A stretch of DNA of 64,000 bases from Eledone cirrhosa. Lineage: Eukaryota. This document shows, piece after piece, positions 1-13,010 of this stretch; positions within the stretch are counted from its first letter, which is position 1, and each line of letters opens with the position of its first letter. The notes under the pieces are model-generated. The model searched no databases and had not been told where the DNA came from. It saw only the letters and a list, made by a program, of their open reading frames with translations. The position numbers and the translations under genes were made by a program. Where the stretch lies: the NCBI GenBank assembly GCA_964016885.1, contig OZ024743.1, forward strand, positions 367,536,001-367,600,000, in the 5' to 3' direction.

Positions 1-836
1 GATTGAGTGACCGAATGTTTTCCATTTCCTTACATCTGTGCCGGCTGTATATGTGCCATAAATCTCTTTAACTCGTCGTACCTTCTTTTATTTTTTATTG
101 TAGATTTTAGGTGTATATCCCAGACCGCTTATGGTGATAAATCCCCTGGGTATAGGTTTTGGAAAAATAGTGTTATCTTACTTAGCGTTCGGAACTGGAA
201 CATATCGATGTGGTTCGTAGGGTGCGGATATGATAAGGAGAATCGACCTGTTACAAGGCGATATAATTGGAGTACACCATCCCTCATATGGACTATCATA
301 CATGTAAGGCTGCATTACTGCTAATCAACAATTCTTTTCACAGATTCATGCTTGCAAACTCCCTTGATCTGCCTGTACACCCTCTTTTTACATTGCTTGT
401 GCTTTGATGCATCTATGCTTTGCTTTGTCTTATATATTTTTGGGGGGTTTCCGGGCTTTTTGTTCCTTTATTGTTTTGTATTATTGTATTTATCTCTTTT
501 CTTATCCCTGTATTTTTGTACTTTTTTATTATATTTTTTAATTTTCTTATTGTTTCTGATCATGCTGAGTAATACCCTCACTCATCCCTTGCTACCCTCT
601 CCCAACCTCTTTATCATCTATTGCACAATCTAAGTGATACATTTTTGGTGTAATTTTTAATTATTAATTTTTAATTTTTTTATTTTTTAATTTTTAGGAC
701 ATTTTATGACATTATGTGCATCATGTATTCTGTCTTTTTCCATATAGTGCTAGCCTCAGAACCCCCCTGCTGGTCATTTAACCTTGTTCTGGTGATGCAG
801 CTCGATGGAGCATGCAACTACTGATATACTCATGTT

Positions 837-891
837 TATAGGCTCTGAAGATTCCTGCCATGGTGTATGGATGAAACACTGTTAGCTAATA
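837..891 (+). ncRNA. Minimal type I hammerhead ribozyme in a Penelope-like terminal repeat
   Basis: TATAGGCT CTGAAGA T-TCC..GGA-T GAAA CACTG TT AGCTAATA. Stem I pairs with one mismatch. AATAAA overlaps the 3' end. Confidence 0.65.
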
Positions 892-1289
892 AAACAATGT
901 ATTTCTAAGCACTCTTTGGTTATTCCTATAACTATAACGGCTCTGTAGTATACTAGTTATCCTACACTGAGCTAAAACAACACTGTCATATTGATATATT
1001 TGTCAACGAAATATATATAAAGAGAAAGAGGTATTAATGTTTCAGAAATACACTTAAAAATTGCATTGATTATTTCTAATGTAAAAGTGATAGATGCCAT
1101 TTTCTTAATGGGAACTGTTGGACAAAGTGATAACAATCAGGGGTAAGGTTCTAAAGTTCCAATTATTTAATTTAAGTAAGCATTATGATAGTCTTTAGAC
1201 TACTTTTCACTCCATTCACCTGTCATTTCTAGAATGTTCTATAGTTTCAATTTGGATATTGTTTTAGTGGGGATGCTGATGTAAGAAGA

Positions 1290-1735
1290 AGACAATCAAT
1301 GGAATAAGGAATAGCAGGTCAAACTCTTCTTCTATTTCTTCGTCCATTCATTCCTGGGAGGGTCGTGGGGATAGAGTAATCAGACATGTCTTCCTGAGGG
1401 TTCTGTCAGAAGCAACTGTCTCCAATTGATTCCATTGGATCTTTAAATGAGACCACCTCAGCTTATGGATATTATCCAACTATCTTTTTTGTGGTCTATA
1501 TCTGGGTCTTCTACTGGTTGGCTTTGCCTGCAAAATCTGCCTAGCAATTCTAACTCCATGTCTGTAGTACCGGAGCTATGATCTCTTGATGCAGTGAAGT
1601 AGTGGGTCTACTTGGAGTGATGCCCTGATCTCCAAGCTGTGCACCTTATCAAGTAATATTACTCGAAATATCCTTCAGAGGATCCCCATTTTGACTGCTT
1701 GTATTTGTGATCATATTCTCTATTTTGCAAATATT
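1290..1735 (-). mobile_element. Decayed RTE-clade LINE 3' fragment
   Basis: Minus-strand translation with stops, LLDKVHSLEIRASLQVDPLL..RS*LRYYRHGVRIARQILQAKPTSRRPR, resembles the C-terminal RT region of RTE/Expander elements. Confidence 0.55.
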
Positions 1736-1744
1736 TATAACATA

Positions 1745-2272
1745 CTAGCTGATGTACCCAGCTTCATCCGGGTAAACAGATGATAAGAGAAGACAGGTAA
1801 AAGAGAAAATGACTGTATCAGATGCGTTGTCTGGTTTACAGTATGAAGCAAGACCGTGGTGTATATGTGTGTGACAAAAAAACAAAACAAAAAAAAAAGC
1901 AGTAAAAAATCTTCCAGATACACCAGGTTCTTGTTTTACCATTCCTGCATAGTATATGAAGATTTATAGGTGTTCCCACTCGTGAACAATCTGCATATAA
2001 CTCTCCATGGGTAAAAAGTGATTCTCTTGTAAATTCTACGACTTAGAAACTCTGAGCCTAAGCTTTATTTATGGTCATAGCAAAACTGGTTTTAACAGGG
2101 AACTGAAGTCTGGAGAATTTGATTGGCAGCTTGGTAGAGGAAGGGATGAGAGGAATCTAGGAGATGGTTCATCTTCTACCTGACTGTAAAGCATGTGTCA
2201 CTGCATAGACGTGGTTGGTCCAGGTTTCTCAAAAGAATGATGGAAGTTTCAATCTTTTATATTATATATAGA
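1745..2272 (-). mobile_element. Non-autonomous Helitron (family A)
   Basis: On the minus strand it begins TCTATATATAATATAAAAG and ends with hairpin ACCCGGATGAAGCTGGGT plus CTAG|T. Its 3' end matches 36454-36545. Confidence 0.7.
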
Positions 2273-2281
2273 TATAGATAA

Positions 2282-2927
2282 TCTCTATATATATAAAACT
2301 GAGGATGTGTGTGTGTGCGTGTGTGTGTCTGTGTTTGAATCCCTAAAACTCGAGAAGTACCCAACCAATTCTTTTCAAAGTTTGCATGTGTATTACTTAT
2401 GTTTCAGGGAGTGTTATGCACATAGAATTCAACTTTTTGATCTCCTAGGGCCCGCATTAGGTAAAAAACTGCGTTTTTTCAGCTTTTTAGGGTTTTTTTG
2501 AGACGTTACTTCAGACCGATTCCCTTGGAATTGTAACTATGTATTAGTCAGTCTCTTCTTCATACCGTGAGCAAAGAAAATCCAACTTTTTTATGGCCTA
2601 GGGCCTGCATTTGGTGAAATATTTAATTTTTTCAGCTTTTTAGGGCTTTTTTGAGGCGTTATGTCTCACCGATTTCCCCAAAATTTCAAGGCATATTATG
2701 CACATAAAAAAAAATTCATTTTCTTGATCCCCTAGGGCCCGCATTAGGTGAAAACCTGCATTTTTCCTGCTTCATCGAGGAAAATCTTAAAGATTATCCA
2801 GCCATCAGAGTATTTGGTTTATTTTCTTTACATATTGTCCAGGCATGCAGTTTTTCCACGATTAGGTCTGTTGGCGGCCCGCGTTCCAAAATAACTTATC
2901 CTCTGCAATGCCGGGTACCACTGCTAG
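2282..2927 (+). mobile_element. Non-autonomous Helitron with internal subrepeats
   Basis: A|TC..TATATATAAAACTGAGG 5' end, (TG)n tract, three copies of cctagggcc(c/t)gcatt(a/t)ggt near 2443, 2597 and 2730, and 3' end GCAATGCCGGGTACCACTG-CTAG|T. Confidence 0.75.
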
Positions 2928-3004
2928 TTATATATAAATGTAAGTGTATGTGTTTGTGAGTATGTGTGTGCGTGTGTATGTGTGTGTGTGTATGCATGTG
3001 TGTG

Positions 3005-3303
3005 TGTAAATCAGCATTTGATTTGGAGACGCTGGCCATGAAACACGATCATTGACAACGAACGCACAGAGAGAATCCCATATGGTTGATTCCCAACCTG
3101 CTAGAAATAGCAGTCAGGTTGGTTAGCACACCCGGGATGTTTTTCTTCTTCTTTGATGTTATAAAATTAGTATCAATAAACCTTCCTGGGTATACCCTTA
3201 TTCCATTGCTGTACTTAATTTTCAATTATCAGTTTTCATTTTTGCATGATGCGCAAAGAAACCAACCAACCAACAAACATCTCTCTTTTATATTATGTAT
3301 AGA
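3005..3303 (-). mobile_element. Helitron 5' module (family B), homologous to 37560-37843
   Basis: Minus strand starts TCTATACATAATATAAAAGAGAGATG. Aligns by eye along its length with 37560-37843. Confidence 0.6.
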
Positions 3304-3325
3304 TTATGTGAAAACTATTACTCAC

Positions 3326-3456
3326 TTTCCTGTCAGCTTTTGATAATAATTTCATTAGACCTCTGATTGGGGCAGGAAACAACACATCTTTCCTGGCTTC
3401 GAACCAATTATTGCAACAATCCCAAATACACCCTGATTTGCAGTTGAAGCGTTTCA
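3326..3456 (-). CDS. TMEM245: TMEM245-like, next downstream coding exon (131 bp, phase 1-0)
   Basis: Strong polypyrimidine acceptor ttttttcttttcttttag|TG and donor AAA|gtgagt. Splices in frame to the 5202 exon: LKRFNCKSGCIWDCCNNWFEARKDVLFPAPIRGLMKLLSKADRK, similar to TMEM245 [24 protein letters not shown]. Absent from the ORF track. Confidence 0.87.
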
Positions 3457-5201
3457 CTAAAAGAAAAGAAAAAAAAAATTAAGAAAGACTTATTAAATAG
3501 CAAGTACTTGGATACATTCCAAGCAAAATAAACCACTTAAATCTACCAGATATCCCCATTATTATTCAATATCAATATACCTGCATTTTGCTTTCACATC
3601 TGTCATGGAATTCAATTTTGTTTTTGTTTGTGTTACTCCACAAAGTTTTGTTTTTTAACAAATTTTCTGTATTTAACAATAAAGAATTTCATCCAGCCAC
3701 AGAAACCAAGCCAAAATGGAGTTTATGAGCAGGACATGGTCACCTGTCCTGTCAGGCCTCAGCACATGACAATCTGTCTAACCCATGCAAACATGGAAAA
3801 CAGATGTTAAACTGTGTTGATGATGATAATGATGATGATGATATGTCATAAATACAAAAAATCAACATTTTTTATTATCATGAAATACAAAATTCGCTCT
3901 TTTAGTTTCAATTCAATGTTTTAAAGGTTTAAAATATGGCTGTTGTTCCAAAAACATGTGTGTCTTGTATTTTTGGAGACCTAGATAAGAAATGTGTTTC
4001 ACAATCAGGGGCTGTTGATTGACCAAAGACTTGTGAGTGGAATTGGGTAGAATGGAACTGTGTGGAAGCCCAGTAAATAAACTCTACTTGTAATTAAAAA
4101 TGCCAGCATTATCTCAGAGTGTCACACTGAATCCATATTAAAGGTAGAATTGTCTGTGAAATATTCAGCTACATACACTATAATACAAAAAAAATATAGT
4201 TCTGTTGGTTGAACAACTGAAACACTTATTGTCAAAACTGACATGAGACCCATCAACACATTCCAGCTATCTGTAAGTTGATAAACTAGTGGACCCATGT
4301 TGTCAATCATTACAGCAATAGTGTTGAACTAATTAATATTTTTGAGTTCAGGATTGTATACAATATATATATCAGGATTACTGGATATATGAAAGATCAT
4401 ATAAACTGAAAAATTTGCATTTTGAGAAGTTACTGGTTTGAATAAGATAAGCCCTAAAGTTTATGTTGATTACTGGACACTTGGAAATGATTAACGATAT
4501 GCATGATATTGTAATGATTTATTTCTAGGATATAATTACATAAATATTCAGCATGTATGTACAATTAACATAGAAGATTAAATGTATGAGACCTTGAACA
4601 AATAACTATTCACAGGGACAAATGTAGGGTTAGAGCCCAGGACCTTATGACTGGAATGTGACGTACTTATTGTAGTAAGATGACTGAGATAGGAAATGCT
4701 TTGTTTATATGTGTGTGTATGTTTTTTTGTGTGTAAATTTCAGAGTTATGTACAGATCATCATAATCATTTAACATCCATTTTTCCTGCTAGCAGAGTTG
4801 GTTGCATCTTCACAGAACAAGTCAGATAGACTGGGGGCTTGCATCTCATATACATATGATCCTGCACTTTGCTGAGTGCCTTTTATGATACAAACACTAC
4901 GGTGATGGTGGTGGGGGTGGTCATGCTGTTGACACAACTGAAAGGTCCTCTCAACCCTTTTTGGCATGGTTTATACAACAGGGTGCTCTTCTTATTACCA
5001 GCCACCTTACAAGCTGGCCTGGGTATATTTTTGTGGCACCAGCACTAGAGAGGATGTCAGTCATTATAAATAAATATTATGGTTAATAATTTTGATGAAA
5101 TTCTCAGAAATCTCTGCTTATCATTGGTTTTAGGATATTCATTTTCACTGTGAACAAATTCTCTATATCACTTAGGCATGAAATTGATAAATTATACTTA
5201 C

Positions 5202-5555
5202 ATAGTTTTTTGAAAATCATAAAGAGAACTGGAATTGGTATAAGTAGAAGAATCCATGCATGCATCCAAAGTCGCACCAGAACAAATGCCCAAAACAGAG
5301 CAATGAAACACTGGTCACTTAAAGAACGATGCTGATTAGTCTTAGCTTTCTTCTTTTCTTGGTGAGGAGGTGGACTTTGAGAAGGAATAGTTTTGGTTTT
5401 ACTTGCTTTTGAGTCACCACTGCCACTAGTTTCAACTGTAGTTCCCCCTGTTGGTAATTCTTCTATTGGAGTACGTCGTTGTAATGTTGGCGTACTCTTT
5501 GGTGTGGTCAGCATAGCAAAAGCTGCCATCATAGGGCTGTCTGAAGGTTCTTTAT
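5202..5555 (-). CDS. TMEM245: TMEM245-like transmembrane protein, internal coding exon (354 bp, phase 1-1)
   Basis: Acceptor tttctgtatctattcaacag|AT and donor CTAT|gtaagt. Translation ...HRSLSDQCFIALFWAFVLVRLWMHAWILLLIPIPVLFMIFKKL resembles, from memory, the vertebrate TMEM245 segment [39 protein letters not shown]. Confidence 0.88.
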
Positions 5556-7869
5556 CTGTTGAATAGATACAGAAATATTAGTCAAAACATCACTAGTTAA
5601 ATGAAATAAAATACATTGGATAAAATATTTAATTTACAAACATAAATATCATACAATCTTCACATATATAAGTACATATGTAATTACACTCTCATACACG
5701 ATATATACTCTATGGAACAATGTAATAAGAGTGTGTTATCTTAACAATTAAATATCACATAAAATATAATAAACTTATATGTTCACACACATACACATTA
5801 TATTAACAATATACGTATAGATAATATAATAAAAATAATGTAAAAATTATATAGTTTGTGCAGTAGGAATAAAAAAAACATATTTTATTTAATTTCTTTT
5901 GTTTAAGCAAGTACATAAAATTCTTTATTTCAAGCCAGCAGTGCCAAACAATATAATGTTATTCATGTAAGATGGTAGTAATAAATTGTTCTATATGTTA
6001 TAAAGAGTAAACATTTATCAGTAGCTTTAAAAAATACATCAATATAATGAAGAACAATTTTAACATATTGCAGCTTGAAATTGCCAGTCAGAATGAAAGG
6101 TTTTGAGGAAATGCACTCCGATTATAACTAAAATGATATTTACTGAGAGTGATTTCTCAGTGATATGACAAAATAAATTCTTAGAAAATGGAACCAAATT
6201 GAAAAAAACCCCCAAAAAACATCTAACATTACATTTTACTTTAGGTTTCACTTAAAGAGAAAACTCTTAGAAAAATGTACATCAACCCTACAAAAAAGAG
6301 AATTAGCATCTTGAAAAACTAAGGAAAAGAAGAAAAAAGTTAATTTAACAATAAATTTAGAAGCTATTTTTTTCTCCCTGATGTCTGGCATTTCAACCAA
6401 CTTATTGATAGAAATATTAAAGGTTTAAATCTTAGGAAATTTAATATTAAAACTACTTTATTTATTATAATACACTTCCTTAACATTTTATTGTTTTTTC
6501 CATTAAAGAACAAAAGTTTTGCTGACTTGGGGAAGACCTTAAACATAAATTTATGAATAATGAACATGCTTAATTTCAGAATCATAAGTGATAAAGGAAC
6601 ATCTTATATATGAGAGTTCTAAAAGTAAATGAACAAATGTTGTATATGTGAGTACTAAATGTAAAGAAAATTAGTAACACATTCCATGAAAAATTTTAAG
6701 TTGATATAGATATTCATAGTTTTTACTATCTTATGACATTTATCAAATACATTGTAGTCATAAAAACAGAATTCAAGAGAAAACTTCTCAATAGTTTCTT
6801 ATTATGAAATTTAGGAAGCAACTTCAAAAGGTCAGATTTATGTTATTCTGCAGTAAATTGTGAAGACTGACTGTCATTTTTCATTATAAAATTATATTCT
6901 TTTCTTGTCTTGTTACTATCATGATGTTGTGATCTTGTTAGCTAATACAATGCATTTTTAGAAGCATGGAAGGAAAAAATAAATATATTTCCATCTCTGA
7001 GACAGAACAATTTCAGTAAATATTCCTAATTTATTGATTTACTGATGTATGTCTTCCTTAATATAGACTATGGTATATTTGGAGAGTTATGCAACCATAT
7101 GATTACACTGAATATTTCACAACTTGTAGAAATCCATATAATATATCATCAGCATTGTTAATATTTTTGCATCCACTTTTACATGATGGTAAGGGATATC
7201 TGGGACTTTTTAAAACAATGTTTTATGGCTAGATCCTCTTCTGACATCAACTATTTTAGTTGCTTCTTACAATACACAGAGATATGAAATTTGAGACTGT
7301 ACTTAAGTGAGATGCAGATCCCTGGCCTGTCTGGGAGGTTAGTAACCCTGCTTCTGTACTGACTTGGTCAATGAAGACCCTTGCTAGCAGGGAAAGCAGG
7401 TGTTAAATGATGATGATGATAGTGCAATTATTCTAAAATCTGGCATACACACAATCATTTTAGGAGAGATTTGAGCAAAGATAGAACAGAAAAAATGAAT
7501 AGGTGTTTAAATGTTAAAAACATTCCTGAAATAAAATACGTTGATAACAAATTCTAAAATATAGTTGAGGTTTCTTCAAAAATTTGATAATTTTTTCTTT
7601 GAATGAGAACTAATCTAAATTTTGTTATCAATTTTTTTTTTACAATTATAAATTTGTTTTGATTTTCACTCTGGAATTGTAAGAGCACAAATTATTTTAT
7701 GCAGCAGCCTTTATCAAATTTAAATTTAAATGGCTTCAGGATAGAAAAATTTGAGAATAATTAATGTAAACAAATGAAATCCACAACATTATATATAATC
7801 CAGAAGATTCACTGGATTTGCAGAACTTATTGATAGGATGTAAGGAATAATGATGGAAGTATTAATATA

Positions 7870-9155
7870 TGAGGTTTGTCCCAAAAGTAAGGGTACTAAT
7901 GTTTTATTTAAATGAATATTAGACGTACATGAAATTACAAGTTATCTCCTTCAAAATCCCTTGGAAAATCATACAGTGGTCCCAACTTTTTTCCATTGAT
8001 CGTAACAGTACTGGAAGTCATTTTCTGTGAGTGACCTTAGATTATCAGTTACAATTTTTTGTGTGTTTTCTACAATCCAAAAATGATGACCCTTCAACAT
8101 CCATTTCAATTTAGAGAAGAGGTACAAATCACATAGAGCTAGATCTGGGTTGTAGGGAGGATTTGGAAGAGTGGGAATATTTTTCTTCACCAGAAATTCT
8201 CTAATTGAAAGTGCTGTGTGAGCAGGTGTGCTTTCAAGGTGCAGTACCCAATCTCCTGCAATGTCCTTTTAGACTTGCTGGACTCATTTTCGAAATTGTT
8301 CCAAGATATATTTGTAGATGTGGTTAACTGTCTATTCTGGAGGTAAAAAATTTTTGTGAACAATACCACGTCTGTCGAAGAAAATGATAATCCTCATGTT
8401 CACCCTGGATCTGTTCATGTGTGCTCTCTTCAGAAGACGAGAAGCTTTCATGTGCCACTCCGCATTTTGCCATTTTGTCTCCGGATCATACTCAAACACT
8501 AATGATTCATCTCCTGTTATTACTTTATACAAGACGTTTGGCTTAATTTTGAATTTTTCTAGCAAATCCTGAGAAATTTCGCTCTTTGCTCCATAGACTT
8601 GTAATTAGGCACTAGTTTGCACAATTTTTTTGCATGTGCAAATGACCTGTTAAAATTCTGTGAACTGCATTTTTATTGAAGCCATTTCTTCTGCAATCAT
8701 TAATCAGTGATCTTTTGCCAACACTACTTGCACCACTTCCACATTTTGTTCATTTCTTGACAAGATTAGCCTTCCAGAATGAGGTTCATCTTCAGCATTT
8801 TCTCAACCCTCTTTGAAAACTTTGTTCCACTTAAAAACTCTACTTCCCAATAGTGGCATCTCCATAAGTTTCTGTTAAAGAATTAAATGTTTCAGTAGCA
8901 GATTTGTTGAGTTTCACACAAAATTTGATCGCATACTGATGTTTGATATTTTCCTGCATCACAAACGTGACAGAGGTTATAAACTCATCTGTACATAAAC
9001 AGTAATAGCTCACAACTGACTCAATCGATCATGTTGAAACAAGTATGTACATGCAGCCAAGGTCATAGCCAACACAGCTATATACATCAACAATATGTTC
9101 CATTACCATGTCATACATAGGAAAATCAGTACTCTAATTTTGGGGACAAACCTGG
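7870..9155 (-). mobile_element. Full-length decayed mariner (DD34D) transposon, 1286 bp
   Basis: Imperfect TIRs TA|TGAGGTTTGTCCCAAAAGTAAGGGTACT and AGTACTCTAATTTTGGGGACAAACCTGG|TA, with TA TSD. Frameshifted transposase motifs VITGDESLVFEYDPETK, IFFDRRGIVH and PPYNPDLALCDLYLFSKLK. Confidence 0.92.
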
Positions 9156-9479
9156 TATTTGATACCTACTTGCCTGAAACTGCCTCTTGATGTCTATGGT
9201 GGAAAACACCTTGTTTTATTTACATTTGAATTAAGTTAAGTTCCAAACACCAATTTAATAATGAGAATATTAGTTATTTTACTAAATTCCTCCAGATTCT
9301 TGATAATTTTTTAAAGGATTTGAAAATCATAAGCAGTATCTTTGATTAGAAATATAGTAACAAAAGGGTTTTAAAAAATGATTAAAATAATAAATAGGAA
9401 GAGAGAGATAATAGAGAAAAAAAATGATGAAAACAATGACTAAGCACTACACCTCAGCTGTGTCCTGCAGATAGTGAAA

Positions 9480-11290
9480 ACATTGCCATGGAGAGAAGCC
9501 AGTAACACCTGCTGCATCAGCCATTCCCTCTCACAGGCTTCTTCTATGTGGTATGCTCACCTCTGAGGACTGAGGACACATGAGACCTTGATGGTGACTG
9601 ATATGAAAAGAAAACAGTTGATTAAGTCCTGGTATTTTGATATCCTCTGTATTATAGGCTGCAGTGCCTGGGTTTTTGTTCAAGGCAACAAGGTTGGAAC
9701 TGGAGAACATAGCAGCAAGAGTCATCTTAGATTAAAGTGTTATCCCATCTGGGTGATTACCGTCCTCAGAGTTGAGATTGGCAGGCTCCAGTTATGATGG
9801 GAAACCAGCTGTATCAAGGCTCCTTCTGGTTATATTATTCAAGACAGAATGCCAAGATACTGAATTGCACTGTGGCAACAAGAGAGTAGATGTAGTCTGA
9901 ACTCATTGGCCATGACTCCACAATGGCATTTGTGTGGTGCACATTTGCAGAAACCACAGTGCATGACTAGTGCAGGTGCACTCATCTTGAAGAAGGATAC
10001 TGGTTGATAAATTGGGCCATGCACCAGTTTTGTTCAAGGCAACAAGGTTGGAACTGGAGAGCATGAGGCATGCAAGATATTCATCCAAGGAAGATTTGCA
10101 TGCAGGTTGAACTTCAGTTGGTGTCATTCCAGTTGTGTTGGTATCCTGCATAGTAGGGGGAAGTGAAGCCATAATCAGCAGCTAGAAGTGATTCGAGAAC
10201 CTTACTGATGAGGAGACAATAGATGAAATGTAGGCCAGGTCAGATGTTGAGCAGTGGCCGAGGCCACCAAATAAGTTTTGTGTGTTGTCAGCTGATGCCG
10301 TTGAAACTTACATTGTAAATAAGTTTGGCACAGCAAGAGGTCGTAGCACCATGTTTGCTGAAGCATTCTAGATGAACATAACAAGGTAAAATGAGACGTT
10401 TGTGGAGGGTGAAACAGTTCTTCAGGAGAAAGACCACAGAATGTGCATCGATGAAGCACAATTTGTCAATCATATTCACTAGGTCAGCTTGTTTAGTCTC
10501 CTAGCACTCTTGTATGGTTATCAAGAGGATTGGAGTGCCAAGAATTTAGACATTATGTGGTGTTAGGCATACCTCTGTCTGAACAGATCAAATGCTGTGT
10601 CAGCATTATGATATTGAGTTTTGCCATAATTTACATTTATCACCTCTGACTTGGTTGATTTAATCTCGAGTCTGATGAGTGCTAGGGTTGGGATGATGTT
10701 CTGAAGGTCATTAATGACAGACTCAACAGAACCACCAAATGTTGCATCATCTAGATATGTTGTTAGCAACCAATGCACAGAAAAGTGGACCAAATGGCTC
10801 ACTTTGCTGGACACCTGTGGCTGATGTGATGATGTTGCTAGCAGTGTTCCATAAGTGGGATGCACAAGAAAGAGTACTAAGGGAGCCCTTGTTTGATGCA
10901 GCTATAGGATATGGTCACACCTAACACTATTAAAAGTATCCTGCATATTCAACTTTACCAGGAGGCAAGGTAACAATAGGATTGCATGCACAATGAAATG
11001 TTTTGCCTCATGAGCAGCTGCTTCATATTCACATTTAACCTCTACTCGAAACTGGACAGGGCACAGTTCATTACTAAGGTTCCTCATAACTAACTTGCAG
11101 GCTATCTTGGCAAGCCACAATAGTTATTGCTCACTGTGATGGGCCATATACCTCTATCATTCTTTATCAACACAGTCAAGTTGGCTGAGAAGAAAAGATC
11201 ATGAGCATGGCAGGGGAGATTACTTCAGAAGAGACTGTTTGTCAGAGCAGTAATCAACTGAAGCAGTCATACTCTGGCCTCAGTAGTTTC
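9480..11290 (-). mobile_element. Decayed CRE-like (RLE-type) non-LTR retrotransposon
   Basis: RT fragments QFRVEVKCEYEAAAHEAKHF..LVKLNMQDTFNSVRCDHIL and YLDDATFGG. C-terminal CHCG..HLLSC knuckle and RLE motif EPANLNSEDGNHPDGITL. Confidence 0.75.
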
Positions 11291-12570
11291 TTTTTTATGT
11301 TTCACAAAAAATCCACAACAGTGCTTGCATTTCTGATAAAGATTGTTCAAAAACCTGTTACAATAATATCATAAAATATCTATATTAGAACATAATACAA
11401 TTTTTTAATGTAATTTTGACATTAAACTTGTAGATAGAACACCTTGCAGATAGAACACCTAGTCTGAAAACTAAAATATCATGACTTTCACTTAAGTATT
11501 TGAACTTCAGTTTTGAAGTCATACACATTGTGAATGTATCAACATTTATGATTTAATGTTGTAGGTTAAAGAATTTTCTCTCCAGTAATTTATATAATTA
11601 TTGTTGAATAAAATATCTCTTTATCTGGAGTTAGGAAATTTTGTAGAATGTTTCCTGTTAAAATCAAAATTGGATGTAAAATTATTGAGACACTTCTAAA
11701 TTCAACAAAATTAATTTAATTCATTCATGGTTGGTTGAAACATTTGCAATGTCTTTTAATCTTACCAGTTTGACAATAAGATATTTCTACCTTATAAAGT
11801 TTAACATCAGTCAAGTAAACCATGGAATCAAATTAATGCAGGTTACTGTCAGGAATGTGGAAAACATGATTCTGAAGACATAGTCTTCAGTAATGTTACA
11901 GTGCTAATACAAACAAATATATTTGACTGTAGTGTTGTTATAATTGGTATACTAAAGAGTTGTTGAAAGTATTCTTTTCTTATTATCTGGATTCCCATAG
12001 CAATAAGAAAAATGCTATTTAACATTTTTTATGTTATAGAAGCAATGAAATATCATTATAAAAATATTGCTCATGTGATAGCAAAATTAAATATAAAAAA
12101 TGTGAGGAACTGTTTGGACTGATATCAATTTTAAATCTCCAGTTTTAAATATTTTCATTGTATAAATGACAAAATAAAATAACTATAACATTATTTATAC
12201 AACATGAAAAACACTCTATAAACGCTTTTTATCTAATTCATGAATTTCATCATTTCATGAATGGAAAAACAATAAATATTCATGAAGAGAGTAAATCATT
12301 TTTTTTTTTTAAATTTAGAACTATCCAAGCTACAAGTCACTACATGTGCAGTATCACTTATAAACTATAGAATGCTAAGAACTTAGTAGTAATATATATT
12401 GTGCGATAAAGATTAATACCTGAAAGACAGTGAGTTAGAGATTATTTGTATCTTTGATTTTTATTGGTAAACAATAGCATTATTCATTATAAATTGCTTG
12501 CTTGCTTGCTTGCTTGTTTGCCTGCGTGCATGCATCCATCCATGCATGCATACATTCATACATACATACA

Positions 12571-13010
12571 TGATGGCTGTCCCCTCATTATCGAGTATGG
12601 CCATTGCATGATATAACATTATTAATAATTATCAATTAAGCTATCGTGCAATGCCTGTGCTTGAAGATTTTTTTAAAGTGAGGAAAGACTGTGCACTGAG
12701 CCAATCCCACTCTCTGAGCTACACTAGCTATAACTCGAAAAGAAGAAAAGATCAACATCATCAGTAACTACAGAGCCACAGGCTTTATGTTAGATTTATC
12801 CCAGTTTCCTGAGTTCCTTCTCCTAGAAGAATGCCCTCAAAAAAGGCCAGGGGTCCTTCACTCCCAGTGGTTTAACTGCGCGATCGGGTATCCAGCCTGA
12901 TTATTTCTATGTCCTCGCACATATATACACATATGTATACATGCATATACATATATACATATACATGTATATACATATTTACACATTTTTAGATGGCCAT
13001 TGACTCTTAC
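12571..13010 (-). mobile_element. RTE-derived non-autonomous element (bipartite/SINE-like), partial
   Basis: Reverse complement matches 47610-48035, including ctaggagaagg(c/a)aactc and the ggcagccatca 3' end. Confidence 0.75.

Noticed and set aside
7-633. ORFs 7-324 and 352-633
   Set aside because: No recognisable motifs. The T-rich low-complexity sequence is probably part of the pLTR ending at the 837 hammerhead.
5104-5201. C-terminal tail of the 142-aa ORF (CKYNLSISC...)
   Set aside because: Lies past the gtaagt donor at 5201. Intronic read-through.
1-6000. Intronic miR-32-like hairpin (vertebrate TMEM245 hosts miR-32)
   Set aside because: No such mature sequence in a hairpin was recognised by eye, and the association is known from vertebrates.
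10200-10236. CTGATGA..GAAA hammerhead-like match
   Set aside because: No stem II pairing, and it lies antisense within CRE-like coding sequence. Chance match.
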